Origin: Candidatus Marisimplicoccus sp.
GTDB taxonomy: Bacteria > Bacteroidota > Bacteroidia > Flavobacteriales > Flavobacteriaceae
NCBI GenBank assembly: GCA_965655775.1
Contig: CBFHHV010000005.1
Span: forward strand, 1,630-65,629
Reading direction: 5' to 3'
DNA: 64,000 bases
The notes under the pieces: model-generated
The model's input: only the letters and a program-made list of their open reading frames with translations
Database searches by the model: none
What the model was told of the DNA's origin: nothing
Part shown: positions 48,069-55,380 of the stretch, piece by piece
Layout of the letters: the number at the start of each line of letters is the position of its first letter
How positions within the stretch are numbered: the stretch's first letter is position 1
Position numbers and translations under genes: made by a program

Positions 48069-49268
48069 TTAAAGATCTTTAGAATTCAATCTTACTGTCT
48101 TTAATTGATTGCTCTTATCATCAAAAACAGTCCACACAATAAATATCTCGTCATTTATTATTTCTAATTGTGGTACTCCAGTCCCTCTTCCACTATCAAT
48201 TTTAGAAATTGTAATCGGCTCTGAAACTTTTCCGTCTATTGAAACTTTTTTAATTCTTAAATATGTCCCAATATCATCACCTTCCATATAACTCACTATT
48301 ACTTCTTTTTCATTTAAAAAGGCAGTATCTACTCTGCCAATAGCATTAATGTCATTAAGTTTTATTGGACTACCAAAAGATGATCCGTAAGATTCAGAGA
48401 AGGAAAGATTGACTGTTGGTTTTCCATCTAAAACAGTAAACCAACTTACAGCAATATTATTTGAACTTGAAACAACTTTAGGACCATTTACTGGACACCC
48501 ATAAATTACCCATCCATCATTATGAACTGGAATTGGATTTTCCCACTCATCATTTATATTACGTGTAACATAAATATCACGAACTTCATCTTCACTCCTG
48601 TCTCTGTATACAACTATAGGTCCTTTATCACTATATGTTATTGATGTCTGACAACAATCACAAACAGATGAATCAAGCTCAGTCTCATTTATAATATCCC
48701 CAGCATTTGTAATTTCCGCAAATCTAATAGTCATAGGTTTATGATTTCCGTTCATATCTTTCTCTACTGTATTTCTTCCATCTAGCCAACTAATAAAAAA
48801 CCCTTCATTATTTTTTGCAGCTATGCTAACAAAACCATGTTCTGCTTTAAAACCATCAGTATTTAATATAAAGTCTTCTTTTACTTTTTTTCCAGATAAT
48901 TTATGTAGACTTAAAAAAACATCATAGGTATATGTACCAGAGGCAGATTTTTTTAGGTAGCTAGTTAGAACTTGATCTCCACTAATTGCATGTGTTGGAA
49001 AGTCAGCCCAATTAACAAACCAGTCGGAACCATTTGCCAATTTTATGGGATTAGTCCATCCGTCATTTTTAAATTGTCTGAAATTTAAACTAGCATTCAT
49101 ATCCTCAACACTAGAAATCCAAGTCAACGATAAGTTATCATTATTTAAAACTAGGCTAGGTTGCGCATTATTGTTTTCATATGAAAAAGATATTTCTTCT
49201 ATTTTAATATCATTAGAATTACAGGAAAACAGACTTAAAAAGAAAAAAGCAATTATAAATTTTTTCAT
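48069..49268 (-). CDS. Lipoprotein, sialidase/BNR-like beta-propeller with Cys cluster (function unknown)
   Basis: Lipobox (SLFSCN), repeated beta-strand blades, and Cys motifs SVCDCCQTS and YGCPVNGP. Confidence 0.5.
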   Translation of the reverse strand: MKKFIIAFFFLSLFSCNSNDIKIEEISFSYENNNAQPSLVLNNDNLSLTWISSVEDMNASLNFRQFKNDGWTNPIKLANGSDWFVNWADFPTHAISGDQVLTSYLKKSASGTYTYDVFLSLHKLSGKKVKEDFILNTDGFKAEHGFVSIAAKNNEGFFISWLDGRNTVEKDMNGNHKPMTIRFAEITNAGDIINETELDSSVCDCCQTSITYSDKGPIVVYRDRSEDEVRDIYVTRNINDEWENPIPVHNDGWVIYGCPVNGPKVVSSSNNIAVSWFTVLDGKPTVNLSFSESYGSSFGSPIKLNDINAIGRVDTAFLNEKEVIVSYMEGDDIGTYLRIKKVSIDGKVSEPITISKIDSGRGTGVPQLEIINDEIFIVWTVFDDKSNQLKTVRLNSKDL

Positions 49269-49269
49269 G

Positions 49270-49761
49270 TTATAACATCTTTAATTTATTAATCATTTCT
49301 TCAGAATCCCATTCAATTGCACCAACAATAGTTTCAATTATTTGACCATTTTCATCAAAAATATATGAAATAGGCATAGCATATACTCCAAGTGTTTCAA
49401 ATGATTTACTTGATTTTAAAAAATTGAAATCAAAATTCCATTCGTTCTTAAACTCAGATATTTTAGATAATGTTTCATCAGAAACTAATAAAAAAGTATA
49501 TCCATATTCCTGTAATATTTCTTCAGCTCTTTTGATTCCTGGCATTTCCTTTATACATGGGGCACACCATGTGGCCCAGTAACTTACTACAATCTTCCCC
49601 TCCTTATAGACTGAGAGATCCAAATTTTTCTCGTTTAAATCAAAAAATGATGTTTTAAGCTGTAAAGATTCTAAATCCGAAAGATTTTCATTTTTTGTAT
49701 TATCTAGGTTACAGCCCAATAATAAAAAACAACACAAAATGTAGGCACTTAACTTTTTCAA
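49270..49761 (-). CDS. TlpA/ResA-type thiol-disulfide oxidoreductase lipoprotein
   Basis: Lipobox (LLLGCN) and thioredoxin active site WATWCAPC. TTG start. Its stop is 1 nt from the next gene. Confidence 0.85.
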   Translation of the reverse strand: MKKLSAYILCCFLLLGCNLDNTKNENLSDLESLQLKTSFFDLNEKNLDLSVYKEGKIVVSYWATWCAPCIKEMPGIKRAEEILQEYGYTFLLVSDETLSKISEFKNEWNFDFNFLKSSKSFETLGVYAMPISYIFDENGQIIETIVGAIEWDSEEMINKLKML

Positions 49762-49782
49762 TTTTACGGTTTGTTAAATTTA

Positions 49783-49790
49783 CAAAAATA
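49783..49790 (-). promoter_or_regulatory. -7 promoter box (TATTTTTG) for the TlpA-propeller operon
   Basis: The reverse complement of caaaaata. It lies 21 nt upstream of the TTG start at 49761. Confidence 0.4.
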
Positions 49791-49843
49791 TGCTCATGGA
49801 ATAAAGCGGTTTTGAATAAATCATTGGAATGGTTGAGGTGATG

Positions 49844-50335
49844 TCAGGATTTTTTAGCTTTTTTATCCTTCTTCTTTTTTTTAGCTTTTTTATCCTTCTT
49901 CTTTTTTGGAACCTGTGAAGACCTATTCCATAAATTTCTTCTACTATTATACTTTTCAGCACTAACATTAGTCTTAACAACAATTACCCCTCCAGCTCCC
50001 TCACTCCCATACTTATTAGTAGCAGCTAATCCACTTAGAACCTCTACGTATTTTACTTGATTAGCATTTAGAACGGGGGGATTATTATAGATAACACCGT
50101 CAATCTCCCACAATACTTGATTTCCAGCTGTTTTAAAAGATTGCCTACCTCTAATAGCAATATTTTTATTTCCCATTCTATCAGTAATTTTTTTTGCTCC
50201 AGGTATTCTAGATGAAAGTGCGTCAACTAATGACATAGATGAAATAGCGTTTTGTTGTGCCAGGGCAATTTTATCTTCTTGTGAATAAGAAAAATTAGAA
50301 AAAAGTATAATTAAAACTAGGTATAGATGTCTCAT
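49844..50335 (-). CDS. Secreted stand-alone TonB-dependent-receptor plug-like domain protein with polybasic C-terminal tail
   Basis: Signal peptide, then a plug-like core (NIAIRGRQS...VLWEIDGV...VKYVEVLSGLAATNKYGSEGAGGVIVVKT). Ends in KKKKDKKAKKKKKDKKAKKS. No beta-barrel. Confidence 0.6.
   Translation of the reverse strand: MRHLYLVLIILFSNFSYSQEDKIALAQQNAISSMSLVDALSSRIPGAKKITDRMGNKNIAIRGRQSFKTAGNQVLWEIDGVIYNNPPVLNANQVKYVEVLSGLAATNKYGSEGAGGVIVVKTNVSAEKYNSRRNLWNRSSQVPKKKKDKKAKKKKKDKKAKKS
49851..49907. repeat. 27-bp tandem direct repeat, about 2.1 copies, in frame within the plug-protein gene
   Basis: 49851-49880 is identical to 49878-49907 (period 27). It encodes KKKKDKKAK twice on the minus strand. 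Confidence 0.9.
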
Positions 50336-50382
50336 AAAATTTGGAATATAAAGTAAAAAAAAGTTTAAATGAATTGTGTTAA

Positions 50383-50904
50383 TTACTTCTTAATTCTTTT
50401 CTTAGTAACTGTCCTCCAAAGATTTTTTGGAGAATTTATCAAATCAGAGTTTGATGCGTTTACTGCCGTCTTTACAATAATCACTCCAGCAGCTCCATCT
50501 GAGCCATACTTATTGCTTGCTGCAAGCCCTTTGATAGCTTCAACATATACTACCTCATTTACACTAATCATTGGTGGGGATTGAAAAGTAACACCGTCTA
50601 TATCCCACAGAACCTCGTTCCCAGCTGCCTGAACAGAATTTCTTCCTCTCAAGGATATATTTTCGTTTCCAAATCTATCTGAAATTTTTTTTGCACTGGG
50701 AACTCTTCTAATTATCGCAGAAATCAATCCTGTAGGCGAGCCAGTTGCATCTTGGTTTGAACCAATTATTCCATATTCAAATGAATTTAGCCCAGAATTA
50801 TAGTTTCTAGTTCCATAATTTGATTGAGTGTATCCATTTCTCCCAATTTGAGCCTCAATAGAGTTAGAGACTAGGATAAGAATTATAAAAAACAACACTT
50901 TCAT
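50383..50904 (-). CDS. Secreted stand-alone TonB-dependent-receptor plug-like domain protein (paralog of 49844-50335)
   Basis: Signal peptide, a Gly/Asn/Ser-rich linker, then NISLRGRNS...VLWDIDGV...VVYVEAIKGLAASNKYGSDGAAGVIIVKT. Ends in NLWRTVTKKRIKK. Confidence 0.6.
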   Translation of the reverse strand: MKVLFFIILILVSNSIEAQIGRNGYTQSNYGTRNYNSGLNSFEYGIIGSNQDATGSPTGLISAIIRRVPSAKKISDRFGNENISLRGRNSVQAAGNEVLWDIDGVTFQSPPMISVNEVVYVEAIKGLAASNKYGSDGAAGVIIVKTAVNASNSDLINSPKNLWRTVTKKRIKK

Positions 50905-51004
50905 TGTAAATTGCTAGCTTTTAAGTAAATACAAATATTTATTTGTTTTACTAGGTATAAAAATAGCTATTTTTTTTTTAAATTTACAGGCTAGCTAAAA
51001 AACC

Positions 51005-51331
51005 ATGCACAAAAATTGGATTGATATCAACCAAATTTATTTTCCTGACGGAGTTAGATCAGTCTACTTTGAGGGAAGAAGGGTCAAGAAAGAAGACATT
51101 CAAATTGAAAGAAGTTTTCTTGAGCTTACATCTTCAGACTATGACACCTCAAATCTTCCAGACCACATCAAATATCTTCCAAGAAAACGAGCTGCAGAAT
51201 ATCTTGGTTTAAGTGAGAGTACTCTTCTTAGGTATCACGAAAAAGGAAAGCTTAAGTGGATAACTAGACGAAATAGAACTCCAATATATTCAAGAGAGAC
51301 CCTTGATAATTTTAAAGAAAAAAATCAATAA
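51005..51331 (+). CDS. Helix-turn-helix DNA-binding protein (MerR/excisionase-type HTH)
   Basis: C-terminal RAAEYLGLSESTLLRYHEKGKL...PIYSRETL. The N-terminal half is unassigned. Confidence 0.6.
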   Translation: MHKNWIDINQIYFPDGVRSVYFEGRRVKKEDIQIERSFLELTSSDYDTSNLPDHIKYLPRKRAAEYLGLSESTLLRYHEKGKLKWITRRNRTPIYSRETLDNFKEKNQ

Positions 51332-51362
51332 AAACATTAACTTAGATTCTCAATCTAGGTAA

Positions 51363-52421
51363 ATGGAATTTAATTTTCATATAGTAAATCTTAAGAAAAA
51401 ATTTCCCCTTCAAATTAGTAGAGGAACACATGATAAATCTCAAAATCTTTTTGTTGAATTTATTAAAGACGGAATTACTGCATGGGGAGAATGTGCTCCA
51501 GGGAAAACAGAAGGAGCATCATCAGCTAATGAAGTTGAAATGCATCTGAAAAGATTGATTGACTCAAAGATAGACTCACTTTCACAATACGAACTATATC
51601 AAAGAGCTAAAGACTTAAATGTTCCAGCATGTGCTATGGCTGGTATTGATATTGCTTTATGGGACTGGAGTGCAAAAAAGGCAAATATGTCTTTGAAAGA
51701 TCTATTAGGTCTCCCTTCTCCATCTGTTCCTACATCCCTGACGGTTGGCATAAACCCTCCTGAAGTAGTTAAAGAAAGAGTAGAATTAATTCTACAGAAT
51801 TCTCAAGTGAGGGCCTTAAAAATTAAATTAGGCTCCAAAGAAGGAATAGAATATGATAAGTTAATTTACTCGCAAGTAATTGAATCAACTAAAAATAAAG
51901 ATATTGCAATTCGTGTTGATGCTAATGGAGGTTGGACTTTAGATGATGCAAAACTTATGATGAAATGGCTAGCGGAGAGAAAAGCAGAATATATAGAACA
52001 ACCATTAGTTGAAGGAGAAGAAGATAAGCTCAAATTTTTATTTGAAGGAAGACCTCTTCCTATTTTTATTGATGAATCATGCAGATTTGCAGAAGATGTA
52101 GCAAATTACTATCAATATGTTGATGGTGTTAATTTAAAACTTATGAAATGTGGTGGAATAACTGAGGCTTTAAAGATTTTAAATGTTGCTAAAGCACATG
52201 GATTAAAAACTATGATTGGATGTATGAGTGAGTCATCTGTGAGTATTTCAGCAGGAGCCTCAATTACAGGTATAATAGATTACGTTGATTTAGACTCTCA
52301 CTATAATCTAGATCCAGATCCTAGTGAAGGGCCTTCAATGGTAAATGGCATAACAATGATAAACTCGTTACCAGGTCATGGGGCAAAACTTAAAACTCAA
52401 AGCTATGTTGAATCAAACTGA
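51363..52421 (+). CDS. Enolase-superfamily (MLE subgroup) epimerase/racemase, dipeptide-epimerase-like
   Basis: KxK (LKIKLG), metal ligands in DANGGW, IEQP and IDES, and a second catalytic Lys in NLKLMKCGG. Confidence 0.85.
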   Translation: MEFNFHIVNLKKKFPLQISRGTHDKSQNLFVEFIKDGITAWGECAPGKTEGASSANEVEMHLKRLIDSKIDSLSQYELYQRAKDLNVPACAMAGIDIALWDWSAKKANMSLKDLLGLPSPSVPTSLTVGINPPEVVKERVELILQNSQVRALKIKLGSKEGIEYDKLIYSQVIESTKNKDIAIRVDANGGWTLDDAKLMMKWLAERKAEYIEQPLVEGEEDKLKFLFEGRPLPIFIDESCRFAEDVANYYQYVDGVNLKLMKCGGITEALKILNVAKAHGLKTMIGCMSESSVSISAGASITGIIDYVDLDSHYNLDPDPSEGPSMVNGITMINSLPGHGAKLKTQSYVESN

Positions 52422-53436
52422 TAAAATCGCAATATGGATGGAGTCGAGTCTTGATGACGACTATGGAAAGATGGGGATTAGTGCACTTAGATATCTTGAT
52501 AATGAAATCCTTTGTGTAATAGATTCTGTGTTTGCTGGTAAAAAACTATCTGAGGTTTCTATCATTAAGAAAGACATTCCAATTGTAGACAATATAAAAA
52601 AGGCTAAAGCTATGGGAGCAAATGTTTTATTATTAGGAGTTCTTACATCAGGTGGAGTGAGACCAAAGTCATGGGATAATGTAATTAAAGAGGCATTAAA
52701 TCATGGGATGTCAATAATTAATGGATTACATGATCAAGTTTACCCTGATTTTTCAAAATATTTGACAAATAAAAGTCAATGGATATGGGATACTAGAGTT
52801 CCTCAGTTTATACCAAAGATAGGATCAGCTAAAGCTTCAAATTTGTCTAATAAAAGAGTTTTAATGATTGGTACTGATATGGCTGCAGGAAAAATGACTG
52901 TTGGATTGGAGTTATATTCATATTTAAAAGAAAATCAAATTAACACAGGGTTTGTTGCCACTGGACAAGTAGGTATAACCGTTACAGGAAATGGCATACC
53001 CTTAGATGCATACAAACTTGACCATGCCTGTGGAGCAGTTGAGTCTGCAGTTATGGAGCAGAAAGATAAAGATATTGTTATTGTAGAGGGTCAGGGCTCT
53101 ATTCTACACCCAGGTAGCACAGCCACACTTCCTTTAATGAGAGGAACATGCCCAACTCATATGATTTTATGTCATATAGCAAGAAAAGATTCATTAAGAT
53201 CTCTTGAGAATATTAAAATCCCAGATCTAAAAAAGTTTATAAAACTCAATGAAGAACTAGCCACAGTTATTGGAACATATCCTGACACAAAAGTGATTGG
53301 GATTGCTCTAAATACAATCTTAATGACTGATGAAGCAGCCAAGGAATATATGAAAAAAACTGAAGAAGAAACAGGTCTGCCTGTAACTGATGTAGTTAGA
53401 TTCGGTGGAGATAAAATTTTTAGTCAATTAATTTAA
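52405..53436 (+). CDS. DUF1611 family protein (P-loop-like; candidate D-amino-acid N-acetyltransferase)
   Basis: GTDMAAGKMTVGLEL P-loop-like motif and overall DUF1611 architecture. I prefer the ATG at 52405, which overlaps the epimerase by 17 nt. The track start is 52378. Confidence 0.75.
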   Translation: MLNQTDKIAIWMESSLDDDYGKMGISALRYLDNEILCVIDSVFAGKKLSEVSIIKKDIPIVDNIKKAKAMGANVLLLGVLTSGGVRPKSWDNVIKEALNHGMSIINGLHDQVYPDFSKYLTNKSQWIWDTRVPQFIPKIGSAKASNLSNKRVLMIGTDMAAGKMTVGLELYSYLKENQINTGFVATGQVGITVTGNGIPLDAYKLDHACGAVESAVMEQKDKDIVIVEGQGSILHPGSTATLPLMRGTCPTHMILCHIARKDSLRSLENIKIPDLKKFIKLNEELATVIGTYPDTKVIGIALNTILMTDEAAKEYMKKTEEETGLPVTDVVRFGGDKIFSQLI

Positions 53437-53886
53437 CTACTTACAATGATGATCAGCAGCTCTTGTTGCTATCTGATTATTTGGTTTAACATTAACTTTA
53501 TAACCTAAAGAATTAGCCCACCCTTTTGTTGCTGAGATTAATTTATTTGATTTATGATTTTCGTCAGAGTTATAATCCATATCTATTTCCACTTGAACAC
53601 TGACTTGTTTAGTTAGCCATTCTGCGACTTTAATACTGTATTCAGCCTCTAACCAGAGTCTTTTCCAAATATCATTTATTGCCTCGCATGAAGACTTACT
53701 TAATATATAATGTACTCCTCTAGTGCCAAGTCTATATGCTATTACACTTGTATAATTAGTCTTCTTACCAACATTTTGTGAGTCAGAGCCAATATGAATT
53801 TTTGCGTATGGATATTCTTTTAAAATGGAAAGAGTATGATTAACGGGATCAACACTGTTGCCTTTAACATCCTTAAATAATCTCAT
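53437..53886 (-). CDS. YkuK/DUF458 RNase H-like fold protein (function unknown)
   Basis: 149 aa with IHIGSDSQ...TSVIAYR. Its stop abuts the DUF1611 stop with no spacer. Confidence 0.6.
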   Translation of the reverse strand: MRLFKDVKGNSVDPVNHTLSILKEYPYAKIHIGSDSQNVGKKTNYTSVIAYRLGTRGVHYILSKSSCEAINDIWKRLWLEAEYSIKVAEWLTKQVSVQVEIDMDYNSDENHKSNKLISATKGWANSLGYKVNVKPNNQIATRAADHHCK

Positions 53887-53946
53887 CGTCTAAAATAAAT
53901 ATTATTTGTAAATTAGGTTATTAAGAAAACCTTAAATTATCAAATA

Positions 53947-55380
53947 ATGAAACAAATTTTTACAATTTTGTTAATATCTATATCATTTCTAACAGTTCAA
54001 TCCCAAAGTGTTAATAAATTAAAAAAAGAATTGTTAAGTTCTATAGATCAAAAAACATCAGATTTAATTTCATTAAGTGATAAGATATGGGAAGCTGCGG
54101 AAGTAGCATTTAGAGAGGATAAATCAGCCGAATATTTAATGGAGTACGCTGAATCAAACGGACTAATTATAGAAAAAGGGCTGGCAGGAATGCCTACTGC
54201 TTTTACTGCAACATATGGAGAAGGTAAACCAGTAATTGGTATTATTGGAGAATTTGATGCCCTTCCAGGTTTATCACAAGATTCAGTACCCCACAAGCAT
54301 GAATTAATTGAAGGAGGTGCCGGTCATGGTTGTGGTCATAATTTATTTGGTACAGCAAGTTTAGGTGCAGCTATTGCAATAAAAGAGCTCATTGAGAAAG
54401 GAGACTTAAAAGGAACGGTGAAATTTTTTGGAACACCTGCTGAAGAAAAATTTTTTGGAAAACTCTGGATGATCAGAGATGGAGTATTTGATGATGTAGA
54501 TATATGTATGGATTGGCATCCAGCAGATGAGACTGAAGCTAATGTCCAACCATCTCTTGCGCTTGTTGATTTTATGGTTGAGTTTTCAGGACAATCTGCT
54601 CATGCATCTGTTGATCCTTGGAATGCAAGGGCTGCAAATGATGCACTTGAGTTATATACATCAGGAATTAATGCATATAGAGAACACGTCTTACCATCAG
54701 TGAGGATGCATTACCACGTCCAAGATGCAGGTAAGGTAGTAAATGTCGTCCCTGATTATTCAAGAATCTGGGTTAGAGTGAGAGATATTACTAAAGAAGG
54801 GTTACAGCCTGTTTATGAACAGGTAAGAAAAATGGCTGGAGGTGCTGCTATAATGGCTAATGTTGAACATAAAGTTTCATTAATTTCAGGCGTACATGAC
54901 CTTCTTCCAAATAGAGTTGGAGGTGCGGCAATGCAAAAAAATCTTGAGACTCTTGGTGATATTCAGTACACTCAAGAGGAGATAGATTTTGCTTTAGAGC
55001 TTCAAAGAAATAGTGGAAAACCTGAATTAGGTATTGATGGTAAAATAAGGCCACTAAGAGAAACCCTAAAAAGTCCAGGAGGAGGTTCTACTGATAGTGG
55101 AGATGTAAGTTATAATGTCCCAGTAGTTAGCTTAGCTGCTACAACAGCTCCAAAGGGTGTTCCATGGCATTCATGGTCTGTAGTTGCAAGTTCTGGTATG
55201 TCTATAGGACACAAAGGAATGCTTCACGCTGCAAAAGCTTTAGGAATGACAATGGTTGATATTTTTAAGGACAGTAAATTAAGAGAGGATATTAAAAAAG
55301 AGTTTGATGAAAAAATTGGCGAGTATGATTATGACCCATATCTAGATTCAGGCCCCCCACCAATAGATTATGTAGATTAA
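53947..55380 (+). CDS. Secreted M20 family amidohydrolase (AbgB-like)
   Basis: Signal peptide. GEFDALPGLSQ and GHGCGHNLFG metal site, plus an M20 dimerisation insert. Confidence 0.85.
   Translation: MKQIFTILLISISFLTVQSQSVNKLKKELLSSIDQKTSDLISLSDKIWEAAEVAFREDKSAEYLMEYAESNGLIIEKGLAGMPTAFTATYGEGKPVIGIIGEFDALPGLSQDSVPHKHELIEGGAGHGCGHNLFGTASLGAAIAIKELIEKGDLKGTVKFFGTPAEEKFFGKLWMIRDGVFDDVDICMDWHPADETEANVQPSLALVDFMVEFSGQSAHASVDPWNARAANDALELYTSGINAYREHVLPSVRMHYHVQDAGKVVNVVPDYSRIWVRVRDITKEGLQPVYEQVRKMAGGAAIMANVEHKVSLISGVHDLLPNRVGGAAMQKNLETLGDIQYTQEEIDFALELQRNSGKPELGIDGKIRPLRETLKSPGGGSTDSGDVSYNVPVVSLAATTAPKGVPWHSWSVVASSGMSIGHKGMLHAAKALGMTMVDIFKDSKLREDIKKEFDEKIGEYDYDPYLDSGPPPIDYVD

Noticed and set aside
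49780-49983. 67-aa minus-strand ORF reading the 27-bp repeat in another frame (RRRIKKLKK twice)
   Set aside because: It is an alternative frame of the 3' end of the plug-protein gene plus its spacer. The plug-protein frame is supported by paralogy with 50383-50904, and this one by nothing.
51005-51331. Excisionase-like HTH as a marker of an integrated mobile element or genomic island
   Set aside because: No integrase, transposase, relaxase or phage gene occurs anywhere in the window. The only tRNA gene (tRNA-Cys, 8328-8398) lies about 43 kb away, and I saw no flanking direct repeats. The neighbours are metabolic genes.
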